Of a DNA stretch of 46,392 bases, positions 16,713 to 25,971 are shown one piece after another; positions within the stretch are counted from its first letter, which is position 1, and the number at the start of each line of letters is the position of its first letter. The notes beneath the pieces were generated by a model. It did no database searches and had not been told where the DNA came from. It worked only from the letters and a program-made list of their open reading frames with translations. The translations under genes and the position numbers were made by a program. The DNA comes from Sandaracinaceae bacterium (lineage in GTDB: Bacteria; Myxococcota_A; Polyangia; Polyangiales; Sandaracinaceae): positions 1 to 46,392 of the forward strand of contig JBGAQA010000051.1 of assembly GCA_044220955.1 (NCBI GenBank). Direction: 5' to 3'.

Positions 16713-17345
16713 ATGGCTCGCCCCCTCCATCACCGCGCCCTTCTCGGTGCGGTGCTCGCGTCCAGCCTCCTCTCGCTGGCGACCTGCGTGGCGTTCGCGG
16801 GATGCGTGCCGCCCGCACAGCGCGCTCGCGCCCGGGCGCCGGGCGACGAGAACGAGACGACCCTCGGGACCGGCGACATGTTCGACGTGCGGGTGTACGG
16901 CGAGGAGTCGCTCTCGAGCGACTACCGCGTCGCGCAGGACGGCACGATCGATTTCCCCCTCATCGGCCGTATCGAGGTGGCCGGGCTCGAGCCGGGCGCG
17001 GTCGCGACCTTGATCACGACCCGGCTCCGCGACGGGCAGTTCTTCGTGAACCCGCACGTCAGCGTCGTGGTGCGCGAGTACAACAGCAAGCGCGTCTCGG
17101 TCCTCGGCGCGGTCAGTGCCCCCGGGAACTACCCGCTCCGGAGCGGCATGGGGGTGGTGGAGGCGATCTCCCTCGCGGGCGGGTTCACCGCGCTCGCGAA
17201 CCACGACGGCACCACGATCACGCGCAGCCAGGACGGGGAGCTGCATCGCTACGCGGCTCCGGTGGATCGAATCACCGACGGCCAAGAGGCCGACATCCCG
17301 CTCCGCGCCGGGGATATCATCCGCGTCCCGGAGCGGATCTTCTGA
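16713..17345 (+). CDS. Short polysaccharide export (OPX/Wza-like) protein, Poly_export + SLBB domains
   Basis: FAGC lipobox-like sequence, PES motif 'DGTIDFPLIGRIEVAGL', SLBB 'VSVLGAVSAPG...EAISLAGG', ends 'GDIIRVPERIF'. Confidence 0.9.
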   Translation: MARPLHHRALLGAVLASSLLSLATCVAFAGCVPPAQRARARAPGDENETTLGTGDMFDVRVYGEESLSSDYRVAQDGTIDFPLIGRIEVAGLEPGAVATLITTRLRDGQFFVNPHVSVVVREYNSKRVSVLGAVSAPGNYPLRSGMGVVEAISLAGGFTALANHDGTTITRSQDGELHRYAAPVDRITDGQEADIPLRAGDIIRVPERIF

Positions 17346-17460
17346 GGAGCTGGGGTCGGTCGCATCGGCTCCTGCTCGGCACCTCCGTCGCGAGCCCGCC
17401 GCGGCCCGTTCGTGCCCGGCGGTTGATCGCGGGGGGCGCTCGGTGCTTAGCTTCGCGCGC

Positions 17461-17997
17461 GTGCTGCACCGCCGGAACTCCCATTGCTCGTATTGCGGCG
17501 CACGCTTCGACGAAGTGGCGCGCTGGCCCCGTCGCTGCTCGGGCTGCGGGAACGTCAGCTACGCCAACCCGGTCCCCGTCGCGGTCATCCTCCTCCCGGT
17601 CGACGACGGTGTGCTCTGCGTGCGCAGGGGCGGCCGGACTCCGAGCGGCGCGCCGGAGATGGGCTTCGGGCAGCTCGCGCTGCCGGGCGGCTTCATCGAT
17701 CTCGGCGAGACGTGGCAGGAAGCGGCGGCGCGCGAGCTCCGCGAGGAGGCCAACGTGTACGTCGAGCCGAGCGCGATCGGCGACCTCTGCGTCCGCAGCA
17801 CGGAGAACGGTCTGGTCCTCGTGTTCGGTCGCGGGCCACGCCTCGCCAGCGCGGACCTGCCGCCTTTCTCGCCGAGCGACGAGGTGACCGATCGGGCGAT
17901 CGTGCGGGCCCCGGTCTCGCTCGCGTTTCCGCTCCACACGGAGGTGCTCGCCCGGCACTTCGCGGGGCACCCGAGCGTCCGCCGGGACAGCCACTGA
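17461..17997 (+). CDS. NUDIX hydrolase with N-terminal zinc ribbon
   Basis: CSYC...CSGC, YANP, Nudix box 'PGGFIDLGETWQEAAARELREEAN'. Alternative start GTG 17443. Confidence 0.9.
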   Translation: MLHRRNSHCSYCGARFDEVARWPRRCSGCGNVSYANPVPVAVILLPVDDGVLCVRRGGRTPSGAPEMGFGQLALPGGFIDLGETWQEAAARELREEANVYVEPSAIGDLCVRSTENGLVLVFGRGPRLASADLPPFSPSDEVTDRAIVRAPVSLAFPLHTEVLARHFAGHPSVRRDSH

Positions 17998-18001
17998 GAC
18001 C

Positions 18002-19282
18002 ATGGCGAGCGTCGAGCCTGCGCTCTTGATTCGTGGCGCGCGCGTGGCCCGCTGCGACGGGCGGGGCGAGGCCGAAGCGCGGCTGGCCATGCTCGACGAC
18101 GCGACGGTCGCCGTCGACGCCGCCGGCTGCATCTCGTTCGTCGGCAGGACGGCCGACGCGCCGGAGGCGGGCGGGGGCACGCGCATCGTGTACGCGCGCG
18201 GGGCGCTCCTGACGCCCGGCCTGGTCGATCCGCACACGCACCTCGTCTTCGCCGGGCGACGGAGCGGCGAATTCGAGCAGAAGATGCGCGGCGTCGACTA
18301 CCGGACGATCGCGGCCGCGGGCGGCGGCATCCAGTCGACCGTCGCGGCGACGAGAGCGGCCGACGACGAGACCCTGGAGCGCACGGCGCGTCGCCGGCTC
18401 GAGATCGAGCTCGCCCACGGAGTGACCACCGTGGAGGTGAAGAGCGGGTACGGCCTCTCGCTCGAGGACGAGCTCCGTCTGCTCCGCGTCGCCCGCCGCG
18501 CTGGCGACGACGGGGTCTCGGACGCCCCGCTCCTCCTGCCGCGAACGGTCTCCACGCTGCTCGGCGCGCACGCCGTGCCCCGCGAGCACCGCGACGACCG
18601 GAGCGCCTACGTGGCGCTCGTCGTCGATCGGATGATCCCTGCCGCCGCCCGCGAGGGCGCCGCGAGCGCGGTCGACGTCTACCTCGACGAGGGCGCGTTC
18701 GACCTCGCCGAGGCCCGCGCCGTCCTCACCGCGGCCCGCACCCACGGCCTCGCGCGCAAGGCGCACGTCGGACAATTCCGGGATCTCGGCGGCCCCGAGC
18801 TCGTCGCGGAGCTCGGTGGGCTCTCGTGCGATCACCTGGAGCAGGTCTCCGAGGCGGGCCTGCGCGCGATGGCCGGGGCCGGTACGCGCGCGGTGCTCCT
18901 GCCGGCCGCGTGGCGCACGCTGCGACAGCGCGCCCCCGACGCGGAGCGGATGCGTGCCCTCGGGGTCGAGATCGCGATCGGCACCGACCTGAATCCGGGG
19001 ACGAGCCCGTGCCTCGAGCTGCCGCTCTGCGCGGCGCTCGCCGTGCGCGACGCCGGCCTGTCGCCGTCGGATGCGCTGCTGGCGATCACCGCGAGCGCGG
19101 CCAGCGCGATCGGCGCGCGCGACGCCGGGAGGGTGAGGGTGGGCGCGCGCGGCGACCTCGCGCTCTGGGATCACGACGAGCCGGCCATGTTCGCGTACGC
19201 GCTCGGCGGGCTCCGCCCGACCCACGTCTGGGTCCGCGGACGGCTCGCCGTCGAGGCGCCCTCGAGCGTGGCGGCCTTCTGA
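18002..19282 (+). CDS. hutI: Imidazolonepropionase
   Basis: DPHTHLVFAGRR..EF, GGGIQSTV, EVKSGYGL, LGAHA, DHLE, GTDLNPG. Confidence 0.93.
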   Translation: MASVEPALLIRGARVARCDGRGEAEARLAMLDDATVAVDAAGCISFVGRTADAPEAGGGTRIVYARGALLTPGLVDPHTHLVFAGRRSGEFEQKMRGVDYRTIAAAGGGIQSTVAATRAADDETLERTARRRLEIELAHGVTTVEVKSGYGLSLEDELRLLRVARRAGDDGVSDAPLLLPRTVSTLLGAHAVPREHRDDRSAYVALVVDRMIPAAAREGAASAVDVYLDEGAFDLAEARAVLTAARTHGLARKAHVGQFRDLGGPELVAELGGLSCDHLEQVSEAGLRAMAGAGTRAVLLPAAWRTLRQRAPDAERMRALGVEIAIGTDLNPGTSPCLELPLCAALAVRDAGLSPSDALLAITASAASAIGARDAGRVRVGARGDLALWDHDEPAMFAYALGGLRPTHVWVRGRLAVEAPSSVAAF

Positions 19283-19326
19283 TCGCTTGCCGAGGCGTGC
19301 CCGAGCCGGTACCTCCAGGACCCCGC

Positions 19327-21573
19327 ATGGACGTCTCGACGCCGCGAGAGGAAGGAGCGAAGGCAGCCCGTGCGCGGCTGCCCGAGCGTCCGTGTCCTGT
19401 CTGCGGCGTCGCGGTCGAGCCGCTGCGCGCCGCCGAGGTCGTCCTGCTCGACGAGGGTTTCCGCTTCCTCTGCAGCCTCGGCTGTCGCGCGCGCTACCTC
19501 GAGGGGCTGAGGACGTCGTCCCCGGGGGGGGCGCCCTCCGAGCGGCCACGCGGCGCGTCGTGGTCGACCGGCAGCGACGCGGGCACGAGCAGCACGCGAA
19601 AGAAGCGCGTGCGCTCGCGCAGCGGCGAGTGGACCGGCCGGGGCGCCGCCGCCGCGCCCGCTCCCATCCCGGCGCCCGTGATCCCGCTCGGGCTCGCCGC
19701 GGCCGCGCTGATCGCCGCGGTGTTCGCGACCTCGTGGACCCTCGCCGGGATCGCGGGGCTCTTCGCGGCGGTCTCGGCCGTGCTCGCGCTCGTCTTCGGC
19801 GGGCACGTCCGCGCGAGCGCCGGCGTCCCCGCGTACGTCGCGGCTCCGCTCGGCGCGATGACGGCGGCCGCGGCGGCGCTCGTCAGGCTCTCGGACGGCG
19901 ACGACCCGCGGACCTACCTCGTCGGCGCCGCTCTGGCCGCCGGGCTCGCGCACGTGCGGTGGTGGCTCGACGCGAGCTCGGCGCAGGCGACCGAGCACCT
20001 CTTGCGCTCGCTCGCCGCGCGCATGCCCGAGCGCGCCAGCGTGCCCCTGCCGGTCGAGGGCAAGCCGCGCGCGCTCGCGAGCACCGAGGTCGACGCCGGG
20101 CGCGTGCGGGTCGGCGAGGAGATCCTCGTCAGCCAGGGCCAGCTCGTGGCCGTCGACGGATCCGTCCGAGCGGGTGAGGCGCAGGTGCTGCTGCACCCCG
20201 CCGCGAGCGCGCCCGTTCGCCGCGTGACGGGGGACGCCGTGATGGCCGGCGCGCGGGTGGTCGACGGGGCGATCCGCGTGCTCGCGACGCACGTCGGCGA
20301 CGACCGCGCGCTCTTGCGGCCGGCCCGCTTCGGAGACGGCCGCGCCGCGGACGCGGCGCCCCTCACGCGCCTGGCTCTGCGTGCCGGGCTCGTGGGGACG
20401 GGCGTCCTGGTCGCCGGGATGCTGGTCGCGGTCACGCTCAACGGGAGCGGCGAGAGCCTCGCGGTGCGGCTCGCGGCCGTCGCCGCCGTCCTGCTCGCCG
20501 CGCCGCTCCTGGCCGTGCGAAGGGCGGCGGACGCCCCCTACGTCGTCGCAGGCGCCGCGGGCGCAGAGCGCGGGATCTCGTTCGCGAGCGCGCGCGCTCT
20601 CGACCGCTCCGGAAGAACCACGGTCGTCGCGATCTCGACGCGGGGCACGCTGACGGAGGGGCTGCCCGAGGTCGCCGAGGCGCACGCGGTGGACGGCGAA
20701 GTCCGCTCCGCGCTCGCGCTCGCCGCCGCGGTCGAAGCCGAGGTCGAGGGCAACGTGATCGCGCGCGCGATCGTGCGGCACGCGACGGAGCTCAAGCTCG
20801 AGCGGCCCGTGGTGCGACGCGTGTCGGTGGTCGAGGGGCGCGGCGTCCGAGCGACGGGGCCCGCGGGCGAGCCCGTGGTGATCGGTACGCGGCAGCTGCT
20901 GCTCGAAGACGGCGTGAGCATCGCGATCGCCGAGGCCGACGCCGCGCGCTCCGAGGCGCGGGGGCACGTGGCGATCTTCGTCGCGGTCGAGCGGAAGGTC
21001 CGCGCCGTGCTCGCGCTGCGCGACGAGGAGCGCCCGGGCGCGCGCGCGGCGGTGCAGCGGCTCATCGACCTCGGGGTCGAGGTCGTGATCCTCTCGGGTG
21101 ACTCGCGCGCGTCCATCGACGCGCTGGCCCGACGGCTCGACGTCGATCACGTTCGAGCGGACCTGACCCCCGCCGAGCGAACGGCCGAGGTCCGGCGGCT
21201 CCGCGAGGCCGGCGGCGTGGTCGCCGCGATCGTGCATCCCGCCCACGACCCCGACCTGCTCGGGGCCGCCGACGTGCCCATCGTGCTCGCCGCGGCGGGA
21301 TCCCCGGAGGGTGACCGCGCGATCGCCCTGAGCAGCGACGACGTGCGCGACGCGGCAGGCGCGCTCTTCATCGCTCACGCCGCGCGACGGGAGGCGATCC
21401 GCGCCAGCGCGCTCGCGGCGTTCGGCGGCGCGGCGCTCGTGGCGCTCGGCGCGGCCGGGATCGCGTCCCCGGCCATCGTGGCGTTGCTCGCGGGTGCGAT
21501 CGACGCGTACGTGCTGCCCACGGGGTCCCGCGTGCTGCGCAGGATCGACCTGCGTCTGCCCGCGCGGGGCTGA
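19327..21573 (+). CDS. P1B-type ATPase homologue, predicted catalytically inactive, with N-terminal YHS/TRASH domain
   Basis: Collinear A, P and N domains of heavy-metal ATPases, but STRGT replaces DKTGT and no TGE, CPx, HP or GDGxND is present. N-terminal CPVC...FLCSLGC. Confidence 0.85.
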   Translation: MDVSTPREEGAKAARARLPERPCPVCGVAVEPLRAAEVVLLDEGFRFLCSLGCRARYLEGLRTSSPGGAPSERPRGASWSTGSDAGTSSTRKKRVRSRSGEWTGRGAAAAPAPIPAPVIPLGLAAAALIAAVFATSWTLAGIAGLFAAVSAVLALVFGGHVRASAGVPAYVAAPLGAMTAAAAALVRLSDGDDPRTYLVGAALAAGLAHVRWWLDASSAQATEHLLRSLAARMPERASVPLPVEGKPRALASTEVDAGRVRVGEEILVSQGQLVAVDGSVRAGEAQVLLHPAASAPVRRVTGDAVMAGARVVDGAIRVLATHVGDDRALLRPARFGDGRAADAAPLTRLALRAGLVGTGVLVAGMLVAVTLNGSGESLAVRLAAVAAVLLAAPLLAVRRAADAPYVVAGAAGAERGISFASARALDRSGRTTVVAISTRGTLTEGLPEVAEAHAVDGEVRSALALAAAVEAEVEGNVIARAIVRHATELKLERPVVRRVSVVEGRGVRATGPAGEPVVIGTRQLLLEDGVSIAIAEADAARSEARGHVAIFVAVERKVRAVLALRDEERPGARAAVQRLIDLGVEVVILSGDSRASIDALARRLDVDHVRADLTPAERTAEVRRLREAGGVVAAIVHPAHDPDLLGAADVPIVLAAAGSPEGDRAIALSSDDVRDAAGALFIAHAARREAIRASALAAFGGAALVALGAAGIASPAIVALLAGAIDAYVLPTGSRVLRRIDLRLPARG

Positions 21574-21582
21574 GGGCCGGGC

Positions 21583-23271
21583 TCAGCCGAGGTCGCGCAG
21601 CTCGCGCTTGAGGATCTTGCCGGTCGGGTTCTTCGGGAGCTCGGAGAGGATGTGCACCTCCTTGGGGACCTTCGCGCCGCTCAGTCGCTCGCGGCAGAAG
21701 CGCACGATGTCTGCGGGGTCCGCGCGCGCGCCCTCGCGCAGCGAGACGTACGCCCGCACGCGCTCGCCGAGATCGGCGTCGGCGACGCCGATCACCGCCG
21801 CCTCGGCGACGGCGGGGTGCAGGTGCAGCGTCTCCTCGACCTCCGCCGGATACACGTTGATCCCGCCCGAGATGATCATGTCGCGCTTCCGCCCGTCGAT
21901 GTGGAACAGGCCGCTCGCGTCCTGGTGCGCGAGGTCGCCGACGCTGAAGTATCCGTCACGCATGGAGCGTCGCGTCGCCTCGTCGTCGCCGTGATAGGAG
22001 ACCAGCAGCGTGTTCTTGACGAAGAGCTCGCCCGTCGTGCCCTGCGGCACCGGCCGTCCCTGCTCGTCGAGCAGGCGGATCTCGTTGCCGCGCACGGCGT
22101 GGCCGATGGTACCGGGCGCACGCACGAGCTCGTCGGGCGTCGCGAGCGTGTTGAGCCCCGTCTCGGTCGAGCCGTAGATGTTGTAGAGGACGTGTCCGAG
22201 CTCGGCGATCGTCTCCCGAGCGAGCGTGCCCGAGAGCGGCGCGCCGGCGGTGAAGACGGCGTTGAGGCTGCGCAGGTCGTATCGGCGTCGCGCCGCCTCG
22301 GGCAGCGCGAGGATGCGGCCGAGCATCGTCGGCACCATGGCGGTCGTCGAGATCCGCTCCTCGGCGATCCGCCGCAGGGCCGTCTCGGGGTCGAACTTCC
22401 GCTCCACGAAGACGGTCCCGCCCAGCATGTAGGTGATCGTCGCGAACGCGAACGCGGTCGAGTGGTAGAGCGGACACACTGCGAGGTGACGGTCCCCCAC
22501 GCGCACCGGTAGCTCGTTCAGGAGCTGGACGTACGCGAGGTAGCCCTCGCGCCCGAACTTGCGGACGGCTCCTTTCGGCTTGCCCGTGGTGCCGGAGGTG
22601 TAGATGACGACGGCGGCGTCCTCGGAGTCGGCGTCGACGCGCTCGATCGGGCCCCGGGTGACGATCTCGTCGTACGCGCCGAGGTCCGGGTGCTCGCCCG
22701 CGACGGTGATGACGTTGGCGCGCGGGAGCGTGGGGAAGCTCGCCTGGTGGCCGGCGTAGACCCCGGCGAGCTCGGCCTCGATGAAGAGCACCTTCGCCTG
22801 CGAGTGGGCGACGAGATACGCCAGCTCGGTCGGCGTCGATCGCCAGCTCGCCGAGACGGCGCGCGCGCCGATCCGGGCGAGGGCGGCCTGTACCTCGATG
22901 AACTCGGGGCGGTTGTGGAGCACGGCGATGGCGGACTGGCCGCGTCCGACGCCGTGCTTGCGCACGAGGCGGGTGGCGAGCCGATCGATGCGACGGTCGA
23001 GCTCGGCGTAGGTCAGGCGAACGCGGTCGTCGGCGAGCGCGAGCGCGTCGGGTCGCGCCGCGGCGTGATAGCGGAACAGCGCGGCCGGTCCCATCGCTCC
23101 GGAGATCGCCTGGCGCGCGAGCGCGAGCGCGCCGGCGCCAGAAAGATCGAACGCGGCGCCGCTCCGCATGCCGAACCGGAGGCCGACGCGCGCGGCCTCG
23201 ACGGCGTTGACGCCGAGCTCGCGTACACGCTCACGGAAACCACGCGCAGACACCTCGTCGTTGTTGACCAT
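21583..23271 (-). CDS. AMP-binding acyl-CoA synthetase
   Basis: YTSGTTGKPKG, YGSTE, GDLA, GRKRDMIISGGINVYP, LPKNPTGK. Confidence 0.93.
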   Translation of the reverse strand: MVNNDEVSARGFRERVRELGVNAVEAARVGLRFGMRSGAAFDLSGAGALALARQAISGAMGPAALFRYHAAARPDALALADDRVRLTYAELDRRIDRLATRLVRKHGVGRGQSAIAVLHNRPEFIEVQAALARIGARAVSASWRSTPTELAYLVAHSQAKVLFIEAELAGVYAGHQASFPTLPRANVITVAGEHPDLGAYDEIVTRGPIERVDADSEDAAVVIYTSGTTGKPKGAVRKFGREGYLAYVQLLNELPVRVGDRHLAVCPLYHSTAFAFATITYMLGGTVFVERKFDPETALRRIAEERISTTAMVPTMLGRILALPEAARRRYDLRSLNAVFTAGAPLSGTLARETIAELGHVLYNIYGSTETGLNTLATPDELVRAPGTIGHAVRGNEIRLLDEQGRPVPQGTTGELFVKNTLLVSYHGDDEATRRSMRDGYFSVGDLAHQDASGLFHIDGRKRDMIISGGINVYPAEVEETLHLHPAVAEAAVIGVADADLGERVRAYVSLREGARADPADIVRFCRERLSGAKVPKEVHILSELPKNPTGKILKRELRDLG

Positions 23272-23320
23272 GAGCGTTCGTGTTCCGTACGATGCCTCAA
23301 CGGTCAAGAGGAGGCTCCAC

Positions 23321-23491
23321 ATGGGATTCTGGGAAGATGCGTCGCCGGCGACGAAGGGCACGATTGTGGTGGGCGGGCTGCTGATCGTCTACTTCGCGGT
23401 GGCGTTCTTCGCTGGCCTCTGGCCCTACAATGCCCCGATCGGTGAGGTGGAGCAGCAGCGAGGCCTTCCGGCGGCTTCCGCCGCGCACTGA
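23321..23491 (+). CDS. Small (56 aa) single-TM membrane protein
   Basis: Strong SD GAGGAGG at 23308-23314, ATG 23321, hydrophobic 'TIVVGGLLIVYFAVAFFAGLWPY'. Confidence 0.7.
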   Translation: MGFWEDASPATKGTIVVGGLLIVYFAVAFFAGLWPYNAPIGEVEQQRGLPAASAAH

Positions 23492-23590
23492 CCTCCGGCG
23501 CCCGCTGGGTCGTTGAATCTCGCGGCCTCCCGCCACAACGGTGGTGGGGCGCCTGGCGCGTCGCGCAGCGGCGCGCGAGAGTGCGGGGCG

Positions 23591-24907
23591 ATGAGCAGCG
23601 GCATGTCGAGACCAGGCAAGAGCAGCGCGGAGCGGATCGTCGTCGTCGGGCTGGGGTACGTCGGACTGCCGGTCGCGATGGCTTTCGCGCGTCATTTCGA
23701 GGACGTCGTGGGGCTCGACATCGACGCACGCCGCGTCGACGAGCTGCGCAGCGGCCACGACCGGACGAACGAGGTCGACACCGCCGATCTGCGGGCGACG
23801 TCCCTCCGGTTCACGGCGAGCCCCACGGAGTGCGGCAGGCCGACGTTCGTGGTGGTGACGGTACCGACGCCGATCGATCAGGACCGTCAGCCCGACCTCG
23901 GGCCGGTGGAGAAGGCGAGCGACACGGTCGGGCGCCACCTGCTCTCGCAGGGCACCGTCGTCGTCTACGAGTCCACGGTCTACCCGGGGGTGACCAACGA
24001 GCTCTGCGCGCCGATCCTCGCGGCCCGCTCGGGTCTGCGGGCGGGCATCGACTTCACGCTCGGCTACTCGCCGGAGCGGATCAACCCCGGCGATCGCGAG
24101 CACACGCTCGAGCGCACCGTGAAGGTCGTCTCGGGTGGCGACGCCGCGACGCTCGAGCGGGTCGCCGCCGCGTACGGCGCCATCGTCCCGGCGGGCGTCC
24201 ACCGCGCGCCGAGCATCGAGGTGGCCGAGGCCGCGAAGGTGATCGAGAACACCCAGCGCGATCTCAACATCGCGCTGATGAACGAGCTGGCGATCATCTT
24301 CGATCGGCTGGGGATCTCCACGCGGGACGTCCTGGCCGCGGCCGGGACGAAGTGGAACTTCCTGCGCTTCTCGCCCGGCCTGGTCGGGGGACACTGCATC
24401 GGCGTCGATCCCTACTACCTCACGGCGCGCGCCGAGCGCTTCGGCTACCACCCGCAGGTCATCCTCGCCGGGCGACGCATCAACGACGGCATGGGCGTCT
24501 ACATCGCGCAGCGCACCATCAAGATGCTGATCGCCAAGGACCGGCCGGTGAAGCAGGCCAAGGTCGGGATCCTCGGCCTGACCTTCAAGGAGAACGTGCC
24601 CGATCTCCGGAACAGCCGGGTCCCCGACATCGCGGCCGAGCTCGTTCAATTCGGAATCACGCCGCTCGTCCACGATCCGCGCGCGGACGCGTCCGAGGCG
24701 CGGCACGAGTACGGCATCGAGCTCGCTCCGATCGAGGCGTTCCGCGAGCTCGACGCCCTGATCCTCGCGGTCGCCCATCGCGAGTTCACGTCGTACGGCG
24801 GCGCGCAGCTGCACTCCCTCGTGCGTGGGGGAGGCGTCGTCGTGGACGTGAAGGCGATGCTCGATCGCGCGACGGTCCCGGCCGATCTCGCATACTGGTC
24901 GCTCTGA
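23591..24907 (+). CDS. UDP-N-acetylhexosamine/nucleotide-sugar 6-dehydrogenase (TviB/WbpO-like)
   Basis: GLGYVG, VPTP, YESTVYPG, YSPERINPG, AKVIENTQRD, GGHCIGVDP, FKENVPDLRN. Confidence 0.93.
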   Translation: MSSGMSRPGKSSAERIVVVGLGYVGLPVAMAFARHFEDVVGLDIDARRVDELRSGHDRTNEVDTADLRATSLRFTASPTECGRPTFVVVTVPTPIDQDRQPDLGPVEKASDTVGRHLLSQGTVVVYESTVYPGVTNELCAPILAARSGLRAGIDFTLGYSPERINPGDREHTLERTVKVVSGGDAATLERVAAAYGAIVPAGVHRAPSIEVAEAAKVIENTQRDLNIALMNELAIIFDRLGISTRDVLAAAGTKWNFLRFSPGLVGGHCIGVDPYYLTARAERFGYHPQVILAGRRINDGMGVYIAQRTIKMLIAKDRPVKQAKVGILGLTFKENVPDLRNSRVPDIAAELVQFGITPLVHDPRADASEARHEYGIELAPIEAFRELDALILAVAHREFTSYGGAQLHSLVRGGGVVVDVKAMLDRATVPADLAYWSL

Positions 24908-24931
24908 GCAGGACACCCCGGAGGCGGAGGC

Positions 24932-25945
24932 ATGAGCAAGAGATACCTCGTGACCGGCGCGGCTGGATTCATCGGGTCGCACGTGGCGCACGTGCTGCTC
25001 GCGCGCGGGGACCGAGTCGTGGGGCTCGACAACGTCAACGACTACTACGACCCCACGTTGAAGGAGGCGCGCCTCGCGCGGCTCGCTCCTCTCGCGGGGT
25101 TCCGGCTCGTTCGCGGCGACGTGGCCGATCGGGCGCTGGTCGAGGCCCTCTTCCGGCAGGAGCGCTTCGACGTCGTCGTCCACCTCGCCGCGCAGGCGGG
25201 CGTTCGCTACTCGCTCACGAACCCGCACGCGTACGTCGACTCGAACCTCGTCGGCTTCGTGAACATCCTCGAGGGCTGCCGGCACGGCGGCGTGCAGCAC
25301 CTGACCTACGCGTCGTCGAGCTCGGTCTACGGCGCGAACACCGAGATGCCCTTCTCGGTGCACCACAACGTCGATCACCCGCTCAGCCTCTACGCCGCCA
25401 CGAAGAAGGCCAACGAGCTCATGGCCCACACGTACAGCCACCTCTACGGGCTTCCGACGACGGGCCTGCGCTTCTTCACCGTCTACGGGCCCTGGGGACG
25501 GCCGGACATGGCGCTCTTCCTCTTCACGAAGGCGATCCTCGCGGGCAAGCCCATCGACGTGTTCAACGAGGGCCGCATGCAGCGCGACTTCACCTACGTC
25601 GACGACATCGTCGAGGGCGTCGTGCGCGTCGCCGATCGCATCCCGGAGGGCGATCCCGCCTGGTCGGGCGCGAGGCCGGACCCGGCCGCCAGCCGCGCGC
25701 CGTACCGCGTCTACAACATCGGCAACCACGATCCCGTGGAGCTGATGCAGCTGATCCGCACGCTCGAGAAGGCCCTCGGCAAGAAGGCCGAAATGCGGAT
25801 GCTGCCGATGCAGCCCGGCGACGTGCCCGCGACCTACGCCGACGTCGAGGATCTCGAGCGCGACGTCGGCTTCAGGCCCGCGACCCCGATCGAGACGGGC
25901 GTGCAGCGCTTCGTCGACTGGTACCGCGGCTACTACGGCGTCTGA
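24932..25945 (+). CDS. NAD-dependent epimerase (UDP-glucuronate 4-epimerase-like)
   Basis: [46 protein letters not shown]. Confidence 0.93.
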   Translation: MSKRYLVTGAAGFIGSHVAHVLLARGDRVVGLDNVNDYYDPTLKEARLARLAPLAGFRLVRGDVADRALVEALFRQERFDVVVHLAAQAGVRYSLTNPHAYVDSNLVGFVNILEGCRHGGVQHLTYASSSSVYGANTEMPFSVHHNVDHPLSLYAATKKANELMAHTYSHLYGLPTTGLRFFTVYGPWGRPDMALFLFTKAILAGKPIDVFNEGRMQRDFTYVDDIVEGVVRVADRIPEGDPAWSGARPDPAASRAPYRVYNIGNHDPVELMQLIRTLEKALGKKAEMRMLPMQPGDVPATYADVEDLERDVGFRPATPIETGVQRFVDWYRGYYGV

Positions 25946-25971
25946 GAGCGCCCTCGGGTCGCGTCGGCTCG

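Noticed and set aside
19327..21573. Functional CopA/ZntA call, or pseudogene call
   Set aside because: No DKTGT, CPx or TGE, so not a canonical pump. No stops or frameshifts, so not called a pseudogene.
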